64,000 nucleotides of DNA from the NCBI RefSeq assembly GCF_041146345.1, contig NW_027191415.1, positions 1,178,001-1,242,000 of the forward strand, read 5' to 3'. Source of the DNA: Neodothiora populina. Lineage: Eukaryota. The notes beneath the pieces are model-generated. The model was not told where the DNA came from, ran no database searches, and saw only the letters and a list, made by a program, of their open reading frames with translations. Position numbers and translations under genes: made by a program. Positions 11,637 through 25,383 of this stretch are shown one piece after another. The number at the start of each line of letters is the position of its first letter. The stretch's first letter is position 1.

Positions 11637-12800
11637 TCAAATCATATTCTCCACCCTCGATTGCCCAATATTCGGTCGTGATCTAGAGCCCCTGAGCTCA
11701 CAAACGGCCACCAAAGCCCTGTCGCCTAGCAAATCTTTCTCGCTCAAACCTGCGTCGCCCTGTCCAAATCTGACCTGCAGCCCGTCATACGCCGGCCTGA
11801 TATCAAGCGACTGTGTCTCCCTGAGGTGTTTCTCGAACTCGTAGTGATCAATCTCATGCGTAAAGTCAACGAGATACGTGCGCCCAGGAGCAGCCCCGTC
11901 CCTTGCGAGTTGATTAACAAAATCCAACGTCTCGGGTATGCTCATGTGGGAGGCATGAGGACCCCATTTCAAGCCATCGAGTACTGCGCACTTGACACCC
12001 TTGATGTCATCTCTCACATCATCCGGGATGTGGCTCGCGTCGCTGATATACACCAGCTCTGATTTGCCGACTTTGAAGCCTAGGCACATGAACGGTAATG
12101 CCGCAGTGGCACCTCCTTGCCCGTCAGACGAAAAGGAAACGCCGTGCACTACGGCCAACGCCTTGATCGAGATGTTGGCTTCGCTGACGAAGAAATCACC
12201 GTATTCGGGGATGATGTGCCATACGAATGCGGGAATATCGCCACCGCCTGTCGCCCGGGATACATCTACCATGTAAGGGAAGGTGTTTCGTACTGCCTCG
12301 AAGGTTGTCTGAGAGCAGTATATTGGGATGGAAGACTGGATGAAGCCACCGAGAGTCCAGCCTCGAAGGTCGTCGAGTCCATTGATTGCGTCTGCGTGGG
12401 CATGTGTGAGGAGCAGCGCATCTATACGTCGCAGTCCTTGTTCTTCGTGGTCTGGCTGATTCAACGGATGAGTTGCTCGAGGCCAAATCTGTAATGCTGC
12501 GTCGAAGAATGATTTCCCGCAATCAATAAGTATCGTCTTTCCGTTACTGAGAGTGAGAAGTGCAGAAGTATTGCGTCGGCGGTTCTTCTGCGTCGCAGGG
12601 TGCAGAGACGAAGGACACACCTTGCACGGGGTTTTTGGATCTGTGAGACAACCTATCGCGGGGACCTGGGAAGAAGTTCCAGTCCCAAGAAATATAAGGG
12701 AAGTGAGTGTTGGCTCCATTATGCCGCCTTGGCTTTCACCATTGGTTTTGGTTGTTACGGTGTTGTTACTCCCGCCATTGCGCATGATAGCGGCGGACAT
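11637..12800 (-). CDS. Metallo-beta-lactamase fold hydrolase, PhnP/YycJ-like
   Basis: Motifs FLGTGTS, RRRNTSALL, ILIDCGKSF, LLTHAHADAINGLDDLR, VVHG, YISD, SH, HEIDH, PAYDGL. The start is uncertain: in-frame ATGs occur at 13121, 12800 and further downstream. Confidence 0.88.
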   Translation of the reverse strand: MSAAIMRNGGSNNTVTTKTNGESQGGIMEPTLTSLIFLGTGTSSQVPAIGCLTDPKTPCKVCPSSLHPATQKNRRRNTSALLTLSNGKTILIDCGKSFFDAALQIWPRATHPLNQPDHEEQGLRRIDALLLTHAHADAINGLDDLRGWTLGGFIQSSIPIYCSQTTFEAVRNTFPYMVDVSRATGGGDIPAFVWHIIPEYGDFFVSEANISIKALAVVHGVSFSSDGQGGATAALPFMCLGFKVGKSELVYISDASHIPDDVRDDIKGVKCAVLDGLKWGPHASHMSIPETLDFVNQLARDGAAPGRTYLVDFTHEIDHYEFEKHLRETQSLDIRPAYDGLQVRFGQGDAGLSEKDLLGDRALVAVCELRGSRSRPNIGQSRVENMI

Positions 12801-13394
12801 GAATCTCCTTCGTCTTCTTCTTACGCGACCTCCTACCGAGTCACTTTGCTCGATTCCAGCAGCGCTTCTCCGAGGTTCTACCCGAGATGATCTGAACGGC
12901 CAATCACTACGGAAATTTCGACCACCTCTCGAATGTCCTGCAATTGACGATTTTCTACTCGATGACGCGATAGCGGTGCGATTGATGGGTGTGGAGGTGG
13001 CGGAAAGCCGGGGATTTAGTCCACTCCGCCGATCGTAAAGTTCATGATGATGACCTTGATCATGGCGCCGTTGTGCTCGAGAACCACGCGATACTTGAGG
13101 GCACGAAGCACCAGAACCCATCCTTCAAGGCAAGGCGGCTATGTATATGAAAGTAGGGCCTCAGAAGCGGTCTGCTGGCTGATGTTTTCGAGTCCGCTCC
13201 AAAGCTCGATCCTCTCCTCAAAGTAAGAGGTCTCGAGTATTATTATTGCTATGGACTTCGTAGACTTGAGCACTATCGAGAGAGAGTATGGAAAAGAACG
13301 ATGGGACACCATCTGAACGTGATGCTTTTGCAGAGACAACAACACGACCGCAGCGATCTATCGCCCACTTCGATTATGGTTTCTTTGTTGTGGA

Positions 13395-13623
13395 CAAAGG
13401 AGCCCGTTTTCAGTCGATGACTTGTCAGTAAATAGTCGATGAGTCTCTAACGGATAGCTGCTGAATTCTAATGAGCAAGCAATAACTTATTGATGAAAAG
13501 GCTCTGAGTCCCTCGTAAAGAGGCAGCAAGTTTCTAGTAAACAAATACTGCAATCATAACGAATAGTCGATGAATTTCAACGACTGTCCTGCCAATGGTC
13601 AATGACCAAAACCAGCTCCTTTG
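13395..13623. mobile_element. MITE-like family, copy C
   Basis: CAAAGGAGCCCGTTTT ... AAAACCAGCTCCTTTG inverted termini with a periodic AGTCGATGA interior. The flanking TA is not intact. Confidence 0.75.
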
Positions 13624-15699
13624 TGCATCGATGGCTGGGAGGAATGTAGACTCCGAATCACATGATACAGCAATTTGACCTGCCGAGGTTGGTTCATTGA
13701 TCGTCTCTCCAGGTACCCAGTGGCTATACAGTTGTCATGTCGATGTGATAGAACTACAGCGCGGATGCCTACGTCCAGTGCTTAGCCAAACAGTTGGGAG
13801 AAGTCAAAGGGTTGATCCAAATATCAGATTATCATTGCCTATCTATATATCATCTACCGAGTCATCTAGCATCCCAGCAGCCATGATGAATGTACTGCTC
13901 TGCCAACACGAGTAGCAGCACACTGCACGACAGTAAAACCTAGAGTCTAAACTTCAATTAGCATTGGCTCGCAGTAGACCAGGTATGCAGGAAGATGAAG
14001 TGATATGTCCAAAGTCAGACATCCAAGGAAGATTGTGCGCTCAACGGCACCCCTGTATAGGTTCTAAGGCGGGGGCTAGCGTGGAAACTGCGAATGTGGT
14101 GAAGTTTTCATCAGAAAGGAGAGGGTGTATGTGTGTAGTGAAAAAAAAAAGTGAATGCTGACCTCACAACAGTAAGCTGATGGCGGATGTCCTTGATCTT
14201 GCGATCACCAGACGTATCCCCATCAGTACATCTCCCAACTCTTTTGCTGTACCAGCACAAGGCCTGGTGGCTAGGCGACTAAGATCTGACACGAGAATTA
14301 GCTTGAGAAATCCAGACTAAAATCTGCAATCAAGTTGCATCAAAACGCGTGTGCAAGGATGGTAGTCAGACAAAATTTACTGGCAAGTATACAGGTGCCC
14401 TGCGACAGGCTCCCGGACAGACAGTTTTCTTCAAGGTCGAATCGGCTGGGAAAAGAAGACATGATTGTATTGTTGTCATCATTCGATGGTGAGGGCAGTG
14501 CGCATGGTTGGGAAAGGGCAGGCAGTGATACTCACACTATACGACAGACATCGCCGTGCAGTTGCGCAAATCACACGTTCTCATGATATGCGACCTGCAC
14601 AGCAATGAAATGTGTTGTTTTGACAACAAGTATATGGATGGAAGAAGGTAAAACTTCCTTTGTCAAGTATCAGAGATTATTTATCGGCGCAAGCTTTGGC
14701 GCACAGTGCAAGCTTTGACTTGACAAGCACGGCTCATCTTCGGAGAATCTGAGGGAAGATGATTGGTGCTACGGTTCGAAGTGCCTGTTGTTGCCAAGGC
14801 TGGCAGGAGCTTAGCTGGTTGAATCTCGAAATTTCACATGCACGACTTGTTGAACTGAACAAAAGGCAAGAAACTCTGCCCTACCAGTTATCGATGCGGG
14901 ACGTATTGCAGGCAAAACACCGGAGAGAGTGATGCTCGACTTGATCAGACCAAGGAGGGTGGCTCGACATGCATTGAACCTTTCGGAAGAAGCATATTCC
15001 AAAATCAGGTACCACTTTATGTCCTCACGCTGTCTGATGGGAGACCAGGACCGTACTGTATATGATGTTCGTGCCTGACTCGTGGGATACGCAAACGTAT
15101 AGTACAGTGAAACCCTCCTGCTCGAAATGTCGACACTGCTCGATCCTTGGACTCGTGATGATACTTGTATTGAGATGTTTTTCATATATCGACACACCAC
15201 GATCGAAATCGCCTAGGGCTGGTCAAAATTACGAGATCACGGTACGAGTACATGCATGCGTGACCTACCAGTTGCACAAATGCGGAGTTACATGGTGAAA
15301 GGTAGCTTTTGCACCTGCGTTCAATCCTCTCAAAAGAAGTTGGGTGTTGAGGCTTTGCTACATGATCAGAAGTTGGCGATTAAGATGCTTGCCATGGGAT
15401 TTTCACCGCCGGTCGCCTTGATGAGCTGTCTTCAATCGATCGAAGGTTGACGGTCATGTAGCTTTGCAATAAACAGAGCGAGATCTGCCTCGTGCGTACG
15501 TGCAGCAGGCGTTTTTGCAGAACAGGACTTCTCCGTGCCTCCATCTCCCGGTTGTCCCATTATATTTCCCCCCCCCAAATCGAGCTTACCGTACTCCGAG
15601 TCACGCCGCCCGAGCGTCTGCTCAGTTCATTAATGGCTGGCCGCCTGTATAATCACGCACCCCACACCCATAACTTCCCATACACACACACGCGTGCAC

Positions 15700-15701
<2 letters not shown>

Positions 15702-15731
<30 letters not shown>
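15702..15731. repeat. (CA)15 microsatellite
   Basis: Read directly from the sequence. Confidence 0.9.
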
Positions 15732-15734
<3 letters not shown>

Positions 15735-17429
15735 GTTCACGTAGCGTACTGTATAGTACTGTAACTGCAAAACAAGCAGGAACACAGTACAGTAGAATCT
15801 GTTAGGTTGCAATTCGCTGGTTTAGGTAGCAAGGCAGGCAACTAGGGAAGGAGTGCAGATGGTATGGGCATGATATGGTCATCTTCATCATGTCCTCTTC
15901 GTCATCATCACCATCGTCAGAATCGTCAGAATCCTGCCGCATCCAAATGATGAATGCATGCTGCCAAAAGATGCTCCGAAATCCCATGCCAATTCGAGAT
16001 AAAAAGGATTCTTCTCGCGCGTGGTCACATTGTACCGGAGTGGCCATCCAATTACAAGGGTCGGTCACACCTTCAGCATCTTAGCATCTGTCATTAGATC
16101 AGGCTTCATTAGGTCAGGCTTTGAGGCCGGTAGCACTGCCAAGAGACCGCGCCTGGAGCTCCCCACCGAGCGACAAGAGCAAGTAGTCGAGTTTGAGCGA
16201 GCAGCAGCTGGGCAGGGCACGAATGCACGAGTGCACGAGTGCAGCAGCAGCAGTGGTTTGTTGTAAACCGACAGGTTACTGTGACTGACAAGTGAAAGTC
16301 TTCTGATCTGCGACTTTTGGTGCCTGCTTTCTCTCTTGTTGCTTGGTGTCCCCAACATCACCATAACTTTTTTACCTACAAACTCCTAGTAGCGGACTTT
16401 TGGGCTGATTCGCGTGGCCGTGTCGCGCAGCATCCCCGTCCCCCATCCCCTCCCTCTCTCTCTTCACTCTGCCAAATACAGTGCGTACACCACCGTAACT
16501 CAAAAGGACCAGAAGGAGGAGAAAAGCAGCTGTCCACTTTTTTTCTCCATCGGACACCCGTACCCCCCTGCCACCGCGCGCTATCATCGATATTATCACA
16601 TTCACAACTCCCCACCTCGTTTTCGAGTCCCTCATCCCCGTCTCCTTCCTGCTCTACCTTCCGTAATTGTACAAAACCAACCGGCGCTTTTATTTTGGAG
16701 TCGCAGTGTTGCAATTCGGTTTTTCTGTCGACAGAGTTCAGTGTACCTGCGGGAGTCGCTGTATCAAGTCGCTTGGTGCACTGTACAGTACTACTGCTGG
16801 ACTACTGAATCGCGTTTACGTTACCTGAACCTACTGTACAAGCCTACTTTACCCTTCCTAGGTAGTTCAGTCTCGCAACCCGCATCCGCAGCCCGTAGCC
16901 GCAAAGCAACGCAACGCAACGCAGCAAGCACCACCTGGCGCGCTCTCGCGCTCAACCATCTCCTCTACACGCCTGCAATTCCCTCGTTCCAAAGGCAGCG
17001 TGCTCGTTGTCGCAGAGGTGGATTTTCTATCACTCGATCATCAATTACCACTCATCGTCATCAGCCATTCAGTTCTTCTTGAACCCCTGCTGATGCCTTG
17101 TCGACGTCGTGCGACGCGCCTTCCACCATTAACCACCACTACCTCTTCTACCACCACCGTCTCCAACTCGACCACCGCGGCGACGACGACGATTGCAACG
17201 ACGACGACGACGACGACGACGGACCCCACGACTATTGATACTCACATTGACCAGCCTCTGATCCACACAGTTGCCACGCCTTTGGATCTGTACATTTTTA
17301 AGGGCATCTTGAAGCCCACGTAGGGCATTGACTCGTTCCTGTCGATACGCCGATTAAAGCTTCACTCTCGGTCACGTCCACGACTAACGACAATCGCTTG
17401 ACTTGACTTGAATTGACCCGCCTTTCACC

Positions 17430-17944
17430 ATGATGCACTCTGGCGGCATCTTCCCGCCGCATCCTGGTGGAATGCAGCCCGGCATGCCACACGCTGGACA
17501 TCCGGGTCTGCCACCCAACGGCCAACACATGGCGCAGGGCATGCACATGCCGCCCAACGTGTCTGGCCCGGGAGGTCCCCAGATGGCGCAAACGGCAATG
17601 ATGGGCATGCAACCCGGCGCTGGAAACATGGCCGTCGGTATGCCTGGAGGTCCTGGCGGAGGCATGAGTATGCCTGGTCAGAGCATGGCTGGTCCTGGAG
17701 CGAATGCGATGGCCTTGAGTCACCTCACTCCGCAAGCTACCTTGATGCAACAGCAACAACAGCAGCAGCAACAGCAGCAGATGCAGGCGGCCAGTAAGTT
17801 GTCTTTCGTCCATGATTATCTGTTGCGCACGCGTCATGCCTCATGAAGCAAGCGAAGCTGACCCGTGTCTACTACAGTGGCCCAGAACCCCCAACTCGCA
17901 GCTCAGATGCAACAACGGCATCTCGCCATGCAGCAGATGCGTGC

Positions 17945-17991
<47 letters not shown>

Positions 17992-18763
17992 AGCAACAGC
18001 AACAGCAACAACAACAGCAACAGCAGCAGCAGCAGATGGGCGGTATGGGCATGGGCATGGGCGGTATGGGTCTCGGTATGAGTCCCCAACAAGGAATGAC
18101 GCCGGCGCAGATGCAGGCTCTACATGCAAGCCACCCAATGATGAACCCACAGCTGGCTCAGACGTTGCCGCCGCACCAGATTGCTCAGTTGCAGAACATG
18201 CAGCAACAGGCTGCCATGCGCCATCAACAGCAACAGCAACAGCAGCAGCAGCAGCAACAGCAACAACAACAACAACAACAACAGCAGCAGCAACAAGCTC
18301 AAGCTGCCCAGCAGGTCCAAGGCCAACCGCATCCCCAACCCACTCCGCCGAACCCTCAGCAAACGCCACAGGCTCTGCAGCACCACATTGCCATGCAACA
18401 CGTTGCGTCACAACAGAGCAACCACAGCCAGCAGAACCAGGGACCGCCGAATCAAGCATCCCATCCGCAGATGAGGTCTCAGTCACAAGTCCCGTCAGGC
18501 CCTGGACCTCAAGCTGCCACTGCGCCCTCGCCTCATCCGAATCAACAGCCGCCACAACCCTCTGCACCGACGCCGCAAGCTCAACCGAGCACGCACCCCA
18601 CACCGCAGGCTCAGCACCAGTCGCTGCCTCAACAGACGCCGAATCAGAATCAGCAGCCTCCACAGTTGCCTGGCCAGCAGCAAGGTCAGATGCAGCCTCC
18701 GCAAAGCCAACAGCTGCAACAGGGTCAGCAGCAGAACGCGCAGCAGAATCCGCAGCAACAGCA

Positions 18764-18800
<37 letters not shown>

Positions 18801-19825
18801 GCGCAGGCTCAGGCGCAGGCACAACAACGCATGCGGGAACAGATGCAGATGAGCATAATGCGTCAACAAGCCCAGCAACAGCAGCTGGCTGCCGCACAGC
18901 AAGCACAGCAGTCTCGCGCGGGCTCTCTTATCATGAAGCTCATCGGCTTCTCCGACCAACTGAGCTCCTTCACTCCAGAGCCTGCCAACAACACGCTCGA
19001 ACGTTGGACCGACACAATCAACAAGTACTTTTCGCAGGACGGCCAGCTCATCCAGCATGTCTGGTCTCCGCAGGGCTCGTCGAACGGTCAACCCCAAACC
19101 AAGCAGTTCCAGATACATTCTGCCTCGTTGCCGCGCTTCTACATGACGTGGTTCACAAGTGGACTGCAGAGCATGCAGTTGACACTCGAAGGTGCTCGCG
19201 AAAACATGCAAGGTGGTCCGCCTCGCGTCACTTGCCCCAAGGCTCGCTATACCTTTTGGTATGCGAACGGCACTCAGGTAAGTCTCCACCCAGACAAGCA
19301 TCCAAACAGCCAAACTGACGCACCACAGTCAATATGGTCTGGCAATCTCACCGTGACATTCGCTCCCTTGACAGGTGTGATGAACGAGGACCTCAAGTTC
19401 CAGTCCTTTGAGTTCGAGATCAGCAAGACCGAGGAGTATCTGTCACGCGCCCTGCTCGAACGTGTGCTTACCTCAGGTTCCCCTATGATGAACAAGTCTC
19501 CCAAGATGAGTCGGACTCCGGGCAAGGCCAAGGCGATGAAGATGCAGCAGGAAGCTCTCTCTGTCAACGACTTCCCTTCGGCACCCGTCAACGAATTCGG
19601 CGTCACCTCAGCCGTCATGCAATTCTTTGAGGTAATGCAAGGCACGAATTCGATATTTTGGATACGTGGAGATTAACTAACCCAGCCCCAGATCAACGAA
19701 CAAATGTATTTCATGGGGGAGATTATGGCTTTCAGCCAAGCCAACGAGGTCAAGCCGGCGGACGCCACGACTTCTTTGGCTTCCCAGATGGATGGGGACA
19801 GTAGCATGAACCTCCAACAACAAAT

Positions 19826-19858
<33 letters not shown>

Positions 19859-19947
19859 GCAACAGCAACAGCAACAACAGCAACAACAACAACACCAACA
19901 CCAACAACAACAACAATTGCAGCAGCAACAGCAACGTATGCAGCAGC

Positions 19948-19981
<34 letters not shown>

Positions 19982-20651
19982 GCAACAACAACAACAACAA
20001 CAACAACAGCAGCAGCAGCAGCAGCACCCTGGTCAGCAACAACAACAACCTCAACAACAACAGGGCGGCATGATGAACGCTCCTCAGGGCATGGGTCAAG
20101 GGCAAAGTATGATGCAACAACCAAACCATGCCCAGATGGCATTGCAACGGAATGGAATCGTGCAAGGAATGCCCCCGGGCACTCACACGCCAAACCCAAA
20201 CCCGATGCAGCTCCCACAGCAAGGCAATCCTAACTTCAGTTCGCCCTCGGTCACGAACATGAACCTCCCGATGCACATGACGAATGGCATGATGAACGGA
20301 AGCCCGCACGTCGGCCACCCGGGGCTGCCGGGACATCCTGGCAGTATGGGGCACATGCAACACTTGCAAATGATGCAGCAGATGGGCCATCACGTGCAGA
20401 ACCACACACCGTCGCCTGCGCAGAATCACATGGCGGCTCCGCCCATGATTCCGCAGCACAGTCAACAAGGTACCAATTCCAACGCCTCTGTAGTCAACTC
20501 GGCCAACACTAGCCCGCAGGTCAACAATAAACGCCGGCGGAGCCAGATCAAGGTCGAGATGGACGGCGGCATGGGCGACGGTGAGCCTGCCAGCCAGCGC
20601 GTGAGACCTTCACCTCGGATAGGTGGCGGCGGCATCAAAAAAGGAAAGTAA
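17430..20651 (+). CDS. ptaB: LIM-domain-binding (LDB/SEUSS family) transcriptional co-regulator, PtaB/Mfg1/Ldb1-like, with long polyQ tracts
   Basis: Exons 17430-17793, 17878-19277, 19329-19631 and 19692-20651; the GT-AG introns keep frame. LIM_bind-like core (ERWTDTINKYFS...KQFQI...LPRFY...FTSGLQSMQL...YANGTQ...NEFGVTSAVMQFFEINEQM) and a C-terminal NLS-like KRRR. Confidence 0.85.
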
Positions 20652-22671
20652 TTACCGTCGTTGACAACCGCTTTTTCCCACCATCATCATCAACGACGAA
20701 CCGAAAGAATGCGAAGCCTGAGTCTCACGAGACCGAGTGTGCCGGAGTGAGGAGAGGAAAGAACAAGTTGATGAACGGCAAGCACGGTCTCGACTGTGCG
20801 GCACTGATGTTGCAGGCTGTATCACGCACGAACATTCTGCCCCCTGACTGCAGTTGAGGATGAGATATACTCTATTGGCTTGATATTTCTTTTCTTTCAC
20901 CAAGAGGTAAATATTGCCATGTCATGTTCACATTCATGCAGTGGCATATCTGACTCAGACGATGAAGAGATGATGCAATATAAGAAGAGCGGCCATCTCC
21001 ATCAAAGATACAGCGTCCCGTCGACGCGCGACTTGCATACTACTGGCTGGTTGCTGGATTCGCATCCAGATGTCTGCACAGCATGCCTGCATAATTGAAG
21101 TTGCAGCGTTTCACATATGAGTTGAGCGTCCGTTCAGAAGAAGCCGGGGTCGGGATGTAAGGGGCTGGATGTAACGAGTGGGAAAGGAAAGGATACCAGC
21201 AGGTCATCAGCCGGGGCCATGCCAGCACACTGCTGTGGGCGACCTATTTTTTCACTTTGGTTCTGCAAAAAATCTCTGGCGGCGAATGGAGTTTTATTGC
21301 AACTTCAAGTCTTCTTGGAAAAGTGCAAGGAGCAAAGTAATTGTTCTATTTTTTTTGTTTGTTGTTCTTATTGCTAGCTTTTGGTTGTCTTTCTGATGCT
21401 GCCGCTTTTGTTGCATAGCTCGAGTTCAGGATATCCGAACCATCATCACACATGGCAGCCATGAATTGTTATCTGCAGCTCAACGAGGCGCCATATATCC
21501 CCTTCTTCTGTTTGTTCGTTCATCCATCCGCAATTCTGCAAATGGCGCGAGTCGAGTTTCTGGAAGAGAGATACGAGTCCTGCTGCTATTTCTGGTTTTC
21601 ATCGTCTTGGCTGTCCTCTGTTGTTGGTCCGAGGTTCATGCTCGCATGTCGCTTCGCTCTCGGTCGCTATGCCTCGTTGCTTCTACCGCTCTTCACTCTT
21701 CGACATCTCGGAACAAAAAAGGACTGGATCAGCAGCAGCGATAGGTGGAGGGAGACCAGGCCACGCCTTTCTTTCCCCAAAAGGCCAAGAAGGCCAAGGC
21801 GAGAGAGGAAACTCCAACTCACACTCTCCCAAGTCTTTCTATTGCAATACATGCAAAGAACAAACAGACAACACAGCAGGAGCAGGACGTGGAATGAAGC
21901 AGACAACTGAGTTTATCATTGTCTATCACGTTTACAAGAGAAAGATGTCTCTACAGTCTATATTTCTTGTATATTACCGTACCGAACACGCCTGCGTTTC
22001 CAGCGGGCGAGTGATTGCTTTTCTGATAGTTTGTGGCTTTTGGATGCACATGTATATAGTGACTCGGTATCTCTGGTGGGGTTTATGTGTTCGCACATAG
22101 CTTACTATTCACCACCTTGTTCCCCGAAATTCAACGTAGTAGGGAGATAACGGTAAGTGTTAACGACGGACGAAAAGTCCTAAGCACAGACCCTACAGTC
22201 AAGAAAGGCGGGCGTCGGTTGGCAGCCAGGCAGCCCTGACGTCGTCGTCGGTCAGGCAAGAGCTGCCCCGAGCGTCGAGAGGTCACGGACAGCGATTGGC
22301 TCAAGCGTCGTGAAGCTCAACCACCGACCGACTCACTGAGTGACTGCCATACCTGTCTTACGTTACTGTACTGTACCTGCCTATACCGTAGCCTTGGACT
22401 GATCCTCCCCGCAAAAGGAAACGGGCCTCTCACGACGAACATCTTCTACGAACGCCTTCTTCTCTCCGGAAACGGGTAGCTGCGAGATACCCGAAACGAT
22501 TCGAGCTGTCTGATTGCAGTGGGAAAGCTTTATAGCGAGATTGGGTTGTTGTACTTAGCTCGAACGTGGCCAGTCGACGGATTACTCGTTGCGCGAACTA
22601 GGAAGGTGCTCAGAAGGAAAGGACAAGACAAAAGAAGAAACAGGAAGAAGAGCCAGTGCAGATCCCATAAA

Positions 22672-24441
<1,770 letters not shown>

Positions 24442-24722
24442 CTTTTCTCTTTTCTGAGGCTAGATGGACAGATGCGGGATGAGGAAGAAGAGAAGAAGGG
24501 GGTTAGAGAGTTCAGGTAGTCGTCGTTCGTCCATGTATCTATGTATTGCCTGCGCACATGTTGTCTCTATGTCTCTTGTTGTACATATCTTCCCTGCCTG
24601 CGCATCCCTTGTCCTCGTCCTCACACAGTGCAAACGTCTGGATTCCGTTTGGCAGTGAAAGCACCGTGTACCAGCCCCCTCCCAGCAAGGTCCCTACCCG
24701 TCCAGTGCGCCAAGCTACCTTA

Positions 24723-25253
24723 ACGACTTGCCCTACGCGGGCGGCGCCACTGCGTGGAGCCTCTTTCTTTCTCCAGAGTAAATAGGCAGGTACAGTAACG
24801 ACTTGCCCTGCGCGGGCGGCGCCACTGCGTGGAGCTTCTTTCGCCACGTCCACTTTTCCCATACCCACCTATTCTTTATCCAGGAGAGTAGACCCCAAAG
24901 CAAGACGCCAGTTCCAGGCTCCTCTTCTCGCACGATTGCTATCGCTGGAGACTTTGAGGTGGGGTCTCTCGCCCTTCCTTAGGGCGATTGGACGTGTCGC
25001 TTGATAAAAGGTGGGCTCGGCGCATGTGTCATGGATGGCTTGAAGGGGAGGAAGACACACGGATGTAAGAGGCAGACTGAGGCGGAGAGGGAGAGGGAGA
25101 GGGGCCTGGAGAGGGGGCAGCGAAAGAGGCTCCACGCAGTGGCGCCGCCCGCGCAGGGCAGTCTTTACTCTACCTACCTTATCTTACCTGGAATATCTAC
25201 AGCGAAGAGAAAGAGGCTCCACGCAGTGACGCCACCCGCATAGGGCAAGTCGT
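24723..25253. mobile_element. Foldback/MITE element with about 125-135 bp inverted arms, each holding two copies of a ~47-bp unit; TA on both sides
   Basis: TA|ACGACTTGCCCTACGCGGGCGGCGCCACTGCGTGGAGCCTCTTTC at 24721 and again at about 24796; reverse complements at about 25120-25168 and 25209-25255, ending CAAGTCGT|TA. Confidence 0.85.
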
Positions 25254-25383
25254 TACTATTTGTAGTCCGTTTACTTCAGATCAAATCTAGATTGCATTCC
25301 CTTTTTAATTTCCATTTTCTATTCACATTGAAATCTAATCCTTTTTCTTCGCTCACTATTCCAGCAGCTCATCGCGGATAAAT

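Noticed and set aside
17843..20468. Poly-Ala/Thr, poly-Leu and poly-Val ORFs
   Set aside because: Alternative frames and strands of the CAG/CAA tracts in ptaB.
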